A DNA stretch of 64,000 nt from Eledone cirrhosa. Lineage: Eukaryota. The translations under genes and the position numbers were made by a program. Under the pieces are notes generated by a model that worked only from the letters and a program-made list of their open reading frames with translations, did no database searches and was not told the DNA's origin. Positions 1-11,600 of the stretch are shown here, piece by piece (positions within the stretch are counted from its first letter, which is position 1; each line of letters starts with the position of its first letter). The stretch covers positions 19,530,001 to 19,594,000 of the forward strand of contig OZ024752.1 in NCBI GenBank assembly GCA_964016885.1, read 5' to 3'.

Positions 1-350
1 AACACAAATACACCCCTGTCCCACTACCCCCACCCCATCCACACCACCCCTTCCAATGTAAAGCTATGTTGGTGCCACAACATCCAGTCCTAAATAAATG
101 AGGTCGTGTAGGTGTCATGACAAAAAAGCACCCAGTCCACGCTGTAATGTGGCCGTGTAGGTAACACGGTAAAAACCTCCCAGTCCACACTGTAAACGTG
201 GTTGGTGTTAGGAAGGGCATCCAGCCGTAGAAAACCCGCCAGACAGTCCTATACGAGCAAGACAACCAATCTTGCCTCAAGTGGGAAAACTCCCATCCAA
301 ACCCATGCAAGCGTGGAAGATGGACGTTAAACGATGATGATGATGATGAT
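1..350 (+). mobile_element. RTE-clade LINE family B, 3' UTR with (GAT)n tail
   Basis: Closely similar to the 3' UTR following the RT ORF at 51847-52232; ends GGACGTTAAAC(GAT)n then (TA)n. Confidence 0.9.
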
Positions 351-444
351 ATATATACACGCACACTCTCTCACTCATATATATATAAGTTAGTTCCACA
401 ACAGTTAATAAACCATTTTCGAGGACACGTGTTTTACCTTGCAG

Positions 445-620
445 ATGTTCAACTTGACAGCTTGAAGCAATCCAACGAAGCTACACCAAGAGGATTACCA
501 TGGAGATGAGCTACTGGTAGAGGCTAAAGGAACTTTGTTATTTACACATTCTAAATACACTTAGGTGGATCTTTGTATACCTACACTATTATAAACAGTT
601 CCTAATCTTCCTTAGGTAAA
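445..620 (+). pseudogene. Degraded CR1/L2-like LINE ORF2 C-terminal fragment
   Basis: Manual translation gives LEAIQRSYTKRITMEMSYW*RLKEL, resembling the CR1 LE.VQRRATK...SY.ERLK.L motif. Confidence 0.55.
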
Positions 621-1153
621 CCTGGAATATTTTCACCCTTGTTACAATATACATACAGCCCTATGGAACTGGCCGAACAGATAGATATGACACCTTACTA
701 GACTAAGGGTGGATTTTTGGGGTGTCTGAATATTAAAGAAAAAACAAGTAAAATAGTGTATAAGGTTCTTGTGCCACAGAGTAATAACTAAATTTCTTTA
801 TCAGGAACTGAATTAGTATTAAAATATAAATGCTTTCCTCTTTAGTTTAACTTAAACTTTCTAACTACCTTCTCTGATTCTTAAACGCTGAAATTATATT
901 CTTTTCCCATTTTTTTCTTATCTCTTTGAATTGAAGTTTACCGTTTCTATAAATGAAAGATAGTTGTATAGGATTAAATCTCTCTTAATGCCATCCATGC
1001 ACACTGGTTTGGCATCCCACATTGGATGTGTCTAGGTTGTGGGGTGTGGTGTTAATGAGTGTTGATGAAGATTTCAAGGAATTAAAGCATTCACACACAC
1101 ATACATATATACATATATACACACAGAAAATGGTGAAGGTTGACATCAAGATA

Positions 1154-1490
1154 AGGGTGTTTAAGAAAATGGTTGTAAAAAAATCCCCTCCTGCTGGTTA
1201 TGTTCCAAAACTATCTTCTTTTTTTTTTTTTACTGTCATCCCATTCTTATCAAAAGACATGTATCTTACACCTCATTAAAACCCACCACCACCACCACCA
1301 CCAGACATGCACCTAAATTCATCTTTGATATAGAAATTTGTAGAAGATGTTCTTTATAAATTTAAGATAGTTGATTCAGCAATAAGAAATGAATTTGAAA
1401 AACATCCTGCCATTATATTCATCAAAGGTCATCTATTGAAGTAAAACCAGCAGGAGGGGATTTTTTACAACCACTTTCTTAAACACCTCT
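1154..1490. mobile_element. MITE-like element with ~44-bp terminal inverted repeats
   Basis: GGTGTTTAAGAAAATGGTTGTAAAAAAATCCCCTCCTGCTGGTT (1156-1199) is nearly the reverse complement of 1445-1487; non-coding interior. Confidence 0.65.
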
Positions 1491-1782
1491 GATCATAAAG
1501 GGACGTAACTCTATGCTTCAAAGCATGGTGTCTGACTCTCTACCGATACTGCCAATCCAATAATGGTTTCTTATATAGGCACAAGGCCAGCAATTTTGGG
1601 GGAGGGGAAAGTCGATTAAATCGACTCCAGTGCATGTCTGGTACTTTATTTTATTGACCTCGTAAGGATGAAAGGCGAAGTTAACCTCAGCGGGATTTGA
1701 ACTCAGATCATAAAGGGCCGTAACTCTATGCTGCAAAGCATGGCGTCCGACCCTCTACCGATACTGCCAATCCACCACCCTT
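1489..1782 (-). mobile_element. tRNA-derived SINE with Nin/Deu-like central domain (one full and one partial copy)
   Basis: A-box TGGCAGTATCGG, B-box GAGTTCAAATCC, central GCCTTTCATCCTTACG.GGTC.ATAAAATAAAGTACCAG; more than 10 copies in the window. Confidence 0.85.
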
Positions 1783-1884
1783 AATAATAATAACAACAAT
1801 AATAATAACGACAACAACAACAACAATAATAATATACATATATATATACACACAGGCGCACACATATAAACATATCTACACACA

Positions 1885-4098
1885 CAAACGATAGCAATTA
1901 ACAATGCTGCGATCGAATGTGGCTTTTTAGCCCAGCCAATTATCTAAAATGTCTTGCACAGAGTCGGCAACCAAAACATTCACTGGGAATAGCCGGCTGT
2001 GGTTGGAGTTCATGTAATTTTGCATGTCGTTTGAGCCCTCCTGCTGATTTACATTCTCTACCACATGCTTGGCAACCATGGTGAGTAGTATCTCCAACAG
2101 TAGCCTGGTAGTCAACCACTGGTCTTACTCTATGACTGCGAAGATGACTTTCGAGTCCATCTTTGCTTAGGCAGAGTCTCGCACAGACGCTGCATGTCAC
2201 CACCATAGGAGGACCCTCGCTGTCTGGAAGTGCAACAGCAATGCCCTTCCTCACATCCCGCTTTACTTTCTCGTGTGCGATTCGAGATGCCTCAAAGGCA
2301 ACTTTTCCCTCATATACAGTCTTTCTCCATTTATTACGATCAGCAGCAATATTCTCCCATGTATCAGCAGAGATGTTAGAGTCTTTCAAAGAGGCTTTCA
2401 AGGAATCCGTATACCTCTTTTTTGGTTTATGTGGCGGTCGTTTTCCTTTAACTAACTCTCCATAAAAGAGTTGTTTTGGTATTCTAGAATCCTTCATCCT
2501 GGCAAGGTGACCACTCCAACGGAGTCGTTGCTTAAGCACAAGAGCTTCTATACTGTCACACAGAGAGCTTTCCAAAATCTCGACATCACTGATGTGGTAC
2601 CTCCAGTGAACGCCATTGATCCGTCTGAGACACATCTGATGGAAATGCTCTAATTGCTTAAGGTGGTGTCAATATGTGACCCAGGTCTCGCAGGCATAAA
2701 GAAGAGAAGAGAGCACACATACCTTGTATACCTTTACCTTTGTCCTCCTGCATATGTCTCGCCGACCGCAGAGTCGCCTTTCTAGCTTTCCGAAAGCATC
2801 ACTTGCTTTCCTAATCCTGAGTGGGATTTCATTATCAAGGTTGCTGTATCGATTGACAATGCTTCCCAGGTAGACAAACTGATCAACCACTCCAAGTCGT
2901 TTACTATACACATAGATATTTGGTTCACTGTACTGCTTACCAGGGGCAGGTCGGTACATGACGATGGTTTTCTTGAGACTGACAGTCAATCCTAGGGCAG
3001 TGCAAGCATCAGAAAATGCATTCAAAATGCGCTGCATATCATTCTCTGTGTGCACTACAAGATCGCAATCATCTGCATACAAGAGGTCTCTTATGATTGA
3101 TGTAAATACTTTTGTCTTTGCAGCAAAGCGCCTGATGTTAAATATGCTGCCTGAGGTTCGATATCGGATGTAAACACCATGCTCGCAATTCCTGAATGCA
3201 ATACAGAAAACCATTGCAAAGTATATGGCAAACAGGGTTGGTGCTGGAATATCCCCCTGTTTCACTCCCATTTTAACTGAGATAGGCTCCGACATGTTAC
3301 CTCCGACATTAACCCAAGCCTTCATGCCGTCATGGAAAGACCTAACTAAAGCAAGGAACTTATCAGGGCAACCAAGTTTCTGGAGAACCTTCCATAATGC
3401 ATTTCTGTTAACAGTATCGAAAGCTTTTGTCAGATTGACAAAAACCTGATACAGATCCAAACCTTGTTCCATGCACTTCTCCTGGAGCTGTCTAGCTGAG
3501 AAGATCATATCAGTAGTGCCGCGTCCAGCACGAAAACCAGATTGACTTTCAGGAAGAGCACAATCTGCAATGTGTGTCATCAGACGGTCCAGAAGCACCC
3601 TACATAAAACTTTCCCTACGACAGAAAGCGATGATATACCTCTGTAGTTCCCACAATCATTCCTGTTACCCTTTCCCTTGTACAAGACCACCATTACTGC
3701 ATCTCTCCAGTCCTCAGGCACGGATTCATTAGCCCATATCCTGCCAAAAAAAGAGTGAAGATGTTGCAGGAGTCTCTCACCACCATATTGTAGGAGCTCT
3801 GCATGTATGCCATCCATACCTGGAGACCTTCCACTGTACAGCTTCGAGATAGCCACTGCAACCTCCACAAGTGTCGGAGGTTCTACGAGAGCTACTTTCA
3901 CAGGACTTTCTGGAATGAGATTGAGGAAATCTTCACTGACGACAGACGGCTGATTCAAAAGCTCATGAAAGTGCTCTCGCCACCTTCGTAGAATTGCTTA
4001 TGAGTCACGAAGAAGTTCTTTGCCATCCTTGCTGTGAAGCGGTATCACCAGAGAAGAAGACGGTCCATAAACTTCACGCGAGAGACTGTACAACAGTA
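1885..4098 (-). mobile_element. RTE/BovB-like LINE, 5'-truncated
   Basis: RT ORF with NYRGIS, QSGFRAGRGT, KAFD, GVKQG and YADD, plus C-terminal C2H2-like motifs; coding-like sequence (EVYGP...SKDG) continues to ~4098. Confidence 0.92.
1940..3958 (-). pseudogene. Reverse transcriptase ORF of BovB-like LINE with one premature TGA
   Basis: ORFs 2669..3958 and 1940..2635 are in the same frame, separated by a single TGA at 2669-2671 (ETWVTY*HHLKQLEHFHQMCLRR). Confidence 0.88.
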
Positions 4099-4140
4099 TT
4101 TATATATATATATATATATATGCATATATACATAGATATA

Positions 4141-6430
4141 TCATCATCATCATCATCATCATCATCACCATTTTATATCCGTTCTTCCACGCTAGCATGG
4201 GTTAGACGGGTTGTCCTGTTGTGGGCGGTGTCCGGTTGGCTGGCCTTGCCTTGTTCATACGGGACTTGATTTCTACAGCTGGTGGCCCTTCCTAACACCA
4301 ACCTCATTTACAGTGAGTGCTGGGTGCTTTTTTCCGTGGCGCCTACACGTACACTTTACAGTGTGGGCTGGGTGCTTTTTTGCCGTGGCACCTCCACGAC
4401 CACCTTGCAGTGGGAGGGTGTGGGGAATATTGTCTGTATGTATCGGCTTGTACCGGTGGGGGTCGGGTCTTCTGTATTACTGCGTGACGCCAGAGGTCAC
4501 AGTTGTGTGTCATCACCTTTGAGAGGTGTAATTGGGTATGGTTGGCTTTTATCACCTCATCCCAGGTCTTCTTGGGTCCCCCCACTCCACGGTTTCCATC
4601 GACTTCTAGTGCTCTGCACCTTTTTATGCAGCTGTCATCCTTCATACGTATCACATGTCCATACCAACGCAACCTCCTCTCTCGCACTCAGCATTTGATT
4701 CCTCTTATGCTCAGTCTCTCTCTCAATTCATTTATGCTTTGCCGTTCGCGTATATTACTATTACACATCCATCGGAGCATGCAGGCTTCGTTTCTCTCTA
4801 ATCTACGTAGGTCTTCCACCTTCAGCGCCCAGGTCTCACTACCATGTAACATTGCTGTTCGTATACACACATCATACAGTCTGCCTTTCATTTTGAGGGA
4901 AACGCCTTTTGCAGCTAGCAGTTCTTACCCTAGTTATTGTACTTTCCGAACACCCACCTCCGCTGCTAATTCGGTCACCTAGGTAGCAGAAGCTGTCTAC
5001 TGTTTCTACAGAGCCCTCCCAGAGTTTGGTGGTACTTGTTTCCTGTGGCTGTTTGCTGCTTGCTGTCCCAGCACAGCTGCCTCATGTGAAGCCTACATTC
5101 TTAGTTAAGCTTCCTGAGATCCCGCTACATCTCTTGTGTATCCATTGTTTGCATTTGGGGCAGAGAATGGAGTTCCTACCTACACTTTTCCTACATACTA
5201 AGCAAGGCCATTTCCCTGAGGGGATCTGGGTTCTGTTTTCTCGTCTACTTACAAGGACCTTAGTCTTTGTCAGGTTGACTTTGAGACCCTTACTTTCTAG
5301 TCCCTGCTTCCAAGTTTGGAATTTCTTCTCCAGTTCTATCATAGATTCAGCTATAAGTGGTCATCTGCATACAGGAGCTCCCATGGGCATCCGGTCTTAA
5401 TATCCTCCGTTATTGCCTGCAGAACTATGATGAACAGGAGAGGGCAAAGTACAGAGCCCTGGTGGACACTGACCTGTACGCTAAATTCCTCGCTATAGTC
5501 ATTGCTAATCCTAACTTTGCTGACTGCTCCCCTAAATATGGCTTGTACAGCTTTCACAAGCCATTCATCTACTCCTAGTTTTCTAAGAGCCCACCAGATT
5601 ATAGCACGGGGAACTCTGTCAAAGGCTTTCTCGAGATCGACGAATGCCAGGTAGAGCGGCTAACTTTTAGCCAGGTACTTTTCCTGTAACTGCCTCACAA
5701 GGAAGAGGTCATCAGTGGTGCCTCCTCCTGGTACAAAACCAAATTGCATCTCATTTAGTTTCACCTCGTCCCTAATCTACTGTGCTATAACTCTTTCTGT
5801 TACTTTCATGACTGGGTCCATCAGCTTTATACCTCTATAGTTTCCTCTATCTAGTGCATCGCCTTTACCTTTGTAGCAGTTGACAATGATGCTACTGCAC
5901 CAATCTTTTGGTATGACACCTTCTAGTATTACCTGGTTAACGATACGTGTGGTTATAGTGTGACCTACAGACCTAGATGCCTTCAGCATCTCGGCAGCTA
6001 TACCTGATGGACCGGTTGCCTTCCCCGTCTTCATATCTTTGATTGCCTTACTTACTACGCTGCTGCTGACTTGTACTGCTGGCCCCTCTATAGGGTCTAC
6101 TTGGGGTAGGGTCTCTTCTTCCCATGCATTCTCCTCATTTAGTAATCTATCATAATGACTCTTCCATGCATCTTTCTTCTCAGCACTTGTGAGGGCAAGC
6201 TCACCTTTATCATTCCGGATACACTTCTCTCCAATGACATCACAATTCTCTCTGACACACTGCCTCGCAATCTTGAACATCTCCTGTTTCTGGTCCTCAC
6301 GTTGCAAAACATGCTTGAATTTTCTATCCTCTGCTTCCCTCCTAGCTAAGTATACTTGTCGCCTAGCTTCCCTCCTAGTCTCTGTAATGTACCCTGCTCC
6401 CCCCGTTCTTCCATTCTTTCCATGCCTGTC
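4141..6430 (-). mobile_element. RTE-clade LINE family A, 5'-truncated and frameshifted
   Basis: RT fragments ([34 protein letters not shown]), 3' UTR and (GAT)n tail; homologous to 22913-25552. Confidence 0.93.
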
Positions 6431-6453
6431 TCTATATATATATGCATATATAC

Positions 6454-6550
<97 letters not shown>

Positions 6551-6735
6551 CATATATATACATATATATATACATATATATATCATACATATATATATAC
6601 ATATATATATACATATATATATCATACATATATATACATATATATACATATATATATCATACATATATATATCATACATATATATATATACATATCTATA
6701 CATATATATATCATACATATATATATATATATATA

Positions 6736-6934
6736 ACGAAGGAAATGTGATAAGGAGCCAGGTGGACCATAACGCACCAAAGTACTCAATACTTGAGGTA
6801 GTAGAGTGGGTAATAGGAACCAGTAAGACCCTGACAGCTGAGCTCAAGCCGTTTCGACGGCTAATTCTGGACTCTGAGTCCAGAATTAGCCGTCGAAACG
6901 GCTTGAGCTCAGCTGTCGGGGTCTTACTGGTTCC
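6736..6934 (-). mobile_element. Short HHR-family F element with 5' fold-back (~60-bp arms)
   Basis: 6813-6872 and 6874-6934 are near-perfect inverted copies; homologous to 10547-10670 and 62703-62891. Confidence 0.8.
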
Positions 6935-6966
<32 letters not shown>

Positions 6967-7271
6967 TATATATATATACATACACATATATATATATATA
7001 TATATATACATATATATACACATATATATGTGTGTATATATGTGTATAGATACATACATGCATACATGCATACACACACACACGTGTGTATATATATATA
7101 TATATATATATAAACACATGCATATATATATATGTATATATACACATATATATATATGTATATATATGCATATATATATGTATATATATATGCATATATA
7201 TATATATATATGTATATATATATGTATATGTATATATATACATACATATATATATACATATATATATACAT

Positions 7272-7563
7272 GCGATTGAAAGGTTGTGAGTTCAATTCTC
7301 AGACCGGGTGATGTGTTGTTTCCTTGAGCAAGACACTTTATTTCACATTGCTCCAGTTTACTCAGCTGTAGAAATGAGATGATAGGGACTGGGGTCATTC
7401 CACTGCAAAGTGGTCATGGAGGTGCCACGGCAAAAAAGCACCCAGCACTCACTGTAAATGAGGTTGGTGTTAGGAAGGGCATCCAGCTGTAGAAATCAAG
7501 TCAGAATCAGTTCCCGTCCCACCTTTGCAAGCAGGGAAAGGCGGACCTAAAATGAATGAAATG

Positions 7564-7565
<2 letters not shown>
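7272..7565 (+). mobile_element. tRNA-derived CORE-like SINE, 5'-truncated
   Basis: B-box GAGTTCAATTC, CCTTGAGCAAGACACTTT core, RTE-derived 3' tail; homologous to 47375-47705. Confidence 0.8.
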
Positions 7566-7640
<75 letters not shown>

Positions 7641-7647
7641 TACATAC

Positions 7648-7680
<33 letters not shown>

Positions 7681-7689
7681 CATATATAT

Positions 7690-8307
7690 ACATCCTCAGC
7701 ATTCTCGTGTAGCACCCATCCACCATCTGAGTGAGTTTCTTGGTCAGTGTCCAAGTCTCAGACCCATACAGCAGCACAGACTCCACTACAGCAATGAAGA
7801 GGCGGATTTTCAGGTCTCTACGAAGGTCCGACTTCCACACCGATCTCAAGCTGTGGCACGCCGCCCAGGCCTTGCTCTTCCTCTCAACCACATCATCCTC
7901 CGTATTCCCAATCTTTGCTCCCAAATACAGGAAGTCCTCAACCAATTTCAGCGGCTTCCCGCCTACATTAGTGATCCCCTCTGAACATTAATCAGTATAC
8001 ACTGAGGATGAAAAACTCAGAGCTGTATGGGAGCATCCCAAAAGTCAGCTCAAAAGTGACACAGAGGAGACTGAGGTTGGCTGGACATGCTCACCGACAT
8101 CCAGAGTTGACATTGCACTCAGTGCTCCTTTGGGAGCCCCTACATGGACACACTAGAAGAGGAAGACCAAGGTTAACATATGTTGATGCCCTAAGGACAG
8201 ACACTGGTCTGTTGGAGATGCAGGATATGGCAGCGATAATGAGGGACAGAGACCGCTGGAGAGAACTCGTCCATGGATCTCGGGAATTTTACCCGCCTTA
8301 GAATAGA

Positions 8308-8309
<2 letters not shown>
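7690..8309 (+). mobile_element. RTE-clade LINE (TAGA/TAGAA-tailed family) with 5' inversion
   Basis: 7690-7983 encodes FLYLG...LLYGSETW...RMLRM on minus; 7979-8301 continues LNINQY...RRLRLAGH...RGRP on plus. Confidence 0.88.
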
Positions 8310-8386
<77 letters not shown>

Positions 8387-8451
8387 CATATATATACATA
8401 TATATACATATATATACATATATACATATATATACATATATACATATATAT

Positions 8452-9062
8452 ATGGTGGCTGCCAACTCGTTTTCGAGTACGGCCACTACTTTATATCCAT
8501 GTAGGAGAACCCCTACCGATGCGCTGAACGAATGTGACTTTTTAGTCCAGCCAGCGACTTGAAAACTCTGGTACAAAGACTACACTTGTGACCATTATTG
8601 ACACATAGTGCAGGGCCCATGATACCATGCGATGACAAGTGCAGAGAGATCTCCAGATATAAAGCAATGCCTGTGCTGTGAAGCTTTTATAGTGAGCAAA
8701 GGCACTGCACAAAGCCAGTCCCACTCTCTTAACCAAGATGATATTTACCAAAAAGAAGAACAAGTCAACATCATTGGATACCATCAGGGTTGCAGGTGTT
8801 ATATCAGAGTTTTCCTTCTCCTAGAATTCTGCCTTGACAAAGGCTAAGGGGTCATCTCTCCCGGTGATTTTGGATGGCTATTGAGTCTTAAGAGCTCCCT
8901 TGCCCTTTGACAGGTTTTGTTTTTAGTCCTGCAGGATGTCCAAAGTCACCCTCCTCACCAAGAAACCTTGGTGGGGTTGCCAGTTTAGTCGCCAACGACC
9001 CGACCATGAGACAGGTTGTACTGGGATACATGTTACCAGTAGCACCAACTGGTGACCTGACA
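8452..9062 (-). mobile_element. Non-autonomous bipartite RTE-derived element (5' UTR fused to 3' end)
   Basis: Structured 5' region with GGAGAAGGAAAACTCTGA, then residual zinc-finger coding [23 protein letters not shown] and a 3' end running into (TA)n. Confidence 0.65.
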
Positions 9063-9530
9063 TAATATATATATACATATATATACATATATACATATAT
9101 ATATACACATATATATATACATATATATACATATATATACATATATATATACATATATATATATACATATATACATATATACACATATATATATATATAT
9201 ACATATATGTATACATATATATGTATACACATATATATGTGTATACATACATACACATGGCTGTGAAAGGTCTCAATGAGTGAACTAAATGAGGTTGGGT
9301 GGATGTGACAGATGAAGATAGCTAAGTGACTGTTTCAGCAAATGCTTGTCAATCATTGTTTAGAGTGTACGGAAGTGAACTGGGGAGCAATGCAATTGGG
9401 TCAGGCAGCTCCAGTCCCATTAGGGTTGTGTTGTTTAGATTTTGTGTTCAACTACATACTGACATTTAATTAGGGTATTATAGGATGTGCTACAAGTACA
9501 CCCCCGACATATAGCCGCACTAACTAGACT

Positions 9531-9750
9531 GGTTTCTACTTTTGGCACAAGGCCAGCAATTTTGGGGGGAGGGGGGTGTAGTTGACTAAATAGACCCTCC
9601 AGTGCATTACTGGTACTTTATTTTATCGACCCCGTAAGGATGAAAAGCAAAGCTAACCTTTCAAAATTGGGATTTGAACTCAGAATATAAAGGGTCGTAA
9701 TTTTATGTCACAAAGCATATTATCTGAACTATAATATAAGGCGATTGGTT
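9531..9750 (-). mobile_element. Nin/Deu-like SINE
   Basis: Homologous to 1561-1782. Confidence 0.8.
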
Positions 9751-9934
9751 TGCCTTTAATAATCTACTATGTTTCCCCTATTTTAAGACAGATCTTATAT
9801 TATTGTTCACTAAAAAATAAGGCTTATTTTGGAGGTAGGGTTTATATTTTTACACAAGATAAAAAGATCATTATATTGATGGCAAATATTATAAAGTTAA
9901 AAACAATATTAAAACAATTTATATTAATAATCAG

Positions 9935-10330
9935 CTTTATCTTTCATCTTTACAGGGTGAATAAAGTACCAGTAACGTCATGGAATAGATTTAATCGACC
10001 CCCCCCCCCCTCCCCCAAAAAAACCTCTAGCCTTGTGTCTAAATCTGAAACCATTATTATGTCGGTGGATTGGCAGTATCAGTAGAGGGTCGGACGCCAT
10101 GCTTTCTAGCATAGTTATGTCCCTTTATGATCTGAGTTCAAATCCCGCCAAGGTTAACTTTGCCTTTCATCCTTACGGGGTCGATAAAATAAAGTACCAG
10201 TAATGTACTGGGATAGTTGCTGGCCTTGTGCCTAAAGTAGAAACAATTATTATATTGCAATGGGCGGTGGATTGGCAGTATCGGTAGAGCGTCATACACC
10301 ATGCTTTGTGGCATAGAGTTACTGCCCTTA
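9935..10330 (+). mobile_element. Cluster of three Nin/Deu-like SINE copies (partial, near-full 10062-10250, partial)
   Basis: Repeated GGTGGATTGGCAGTATC heads and AAAGTACCAG...GAAAC(A/C)ATT tails. Confidence 0.8.
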
Positions 10331-10402
10331 GTTTTCACTTCAATTTACCATAATTTTCCGGTTGGCTGGCTGGTTCGATAACCGGAAGGTTGTTTATATA
10401 TT

Positions 10403-10445
10403 GTCAAAACTCTTTCATCACACATTCTGTGACTTCCTCAGTGAC
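10403..10445 (-). ncRNA. Minimal type I hammerhead ribozyme motif
   Basis: gtca CTGAGGA a-gtcac..gtgat GAAA gagtTT tgac on minus. Confidence 0.6.
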
Positions 10446-10546
10446 TAGGTTTATATATAAATATACATCATCATCATCATCATCATCGTTTAACGTCCAT
10501 TTTCCACGCGAGCATGGGTCTGGATATATATATATACATATATATA

Positions 10547-10670
10547 TAACGAAGGAGGTGTGGTAAGGAACCAGATGGACCATAACGCACCAGAGTACTC
10601 AATACTTAGGGTAGTAGAGTGGGTAGTAGGAAACAGCTTGAGCTCCGCCGTCGGGGTTAAACTTTTTCCT
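10547..10670 (-). mobile_element. Short HHR-family F element with inverted 5' piece
   Basis: Same 3' end as 6736 and 62703; 10630-10670 is the HHR stem III/stem I region in opposite orientation. Confidence 0.7.
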
Positions 10671-10780
10671 ATATATATACTACTAAAATTCTGTGATTGC
10701 TTACTTGTCTGTAATGTAATACAGCCAAAAGGGGACATAATTGGAAAATACTTTGAAAGGAAGTTGCCCTGGAATGGGAA

Positions 10781-11446
10781 TCATCATCATCATCATCATC
10801 TTCGTTTAACGTCCATTTTCCACGCTAGCATGAGTTAGACGGGAGTTGCCCACTTGAGGCAAGGTTGGTCGGGTGACCATGTCTCACTCATATAGGACTA
10901 TCTGGCAGGTTTTCTACGGCTGGATGCCCTTCCTAACACCAGCCACATTTACAGTGTGGAACTGGGAACTTTTTACCGTGCTACCTACACGGCCACATTA
11001 CAGCGTGGACTGTGTGTGTTTTTTGTTGTGACACATACACGATATCGATCTCATTATCTCATTTATTTGGACTGGATGTTGTAGTACCAACTTTATAGAG
11101 AGGGGGTGGTGTTGGTGGGAGTGGGGGGATAGGGTAGGGGTAGTGGATTAGGGTGTATATTTGGTTAAGAGGTGCCTACTGACTGTAGGTTTCGCTTTGT
11201 ATATAGGCAAGGCAGGTCTTCTGTATTACTGCGTAGCGCCAAAGATCTCGGTCCAGTGACATTGTCTTAGAGAGGTGCAAGTGTGTAAGGTCGGAATTTA
11301 TCAGATCGTCCCAGGTTTTTCTGGGTCTACCTACTCCGTAACTACCATGAATTTTGATCGCCCAGCACTTTTTTATACAGCTGTTGTCTTTCATGTGCAT
11401 CACGTGGCCATACCAACGTAGTCTTCTCTCGAGGAAACAGCATCTG
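10781..11446 (-). mobile_element. RTE-clade LINE family B-like 3' fragment
   Basis: RRLRWYGHV...GRPRKTW coding end, 3' UTR, (GAT)n tail. Confidence 0.9.
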
Positions 11447-11600
11447 CCGTCGGGGTCATACATTTTCCTATATATATAAATATATATAAATATAAATAAA
11501 TATATATAAATATAAATATATATATAAAATTTATATATATATATAAAATTTATATATATATAAAATATAAATATATATATAAATATATGTAAATATAAAT

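Noticed and set aside
2163-3449. Plus-strand ORFs antisense to LINE RTs (also 22986, 23808, 50841, 51282)
   Set aside because: Shadow ORFs on the opposite strand of RT coding sequence.
5777-9276. Many YI/IY-rich ORFs, also near 19200, 25500, 41700, 49800, 52200 and 55900
   Set aside because: Translations of (TA)n/(TACA)n microsatellites, which lack stop codons in these frames.
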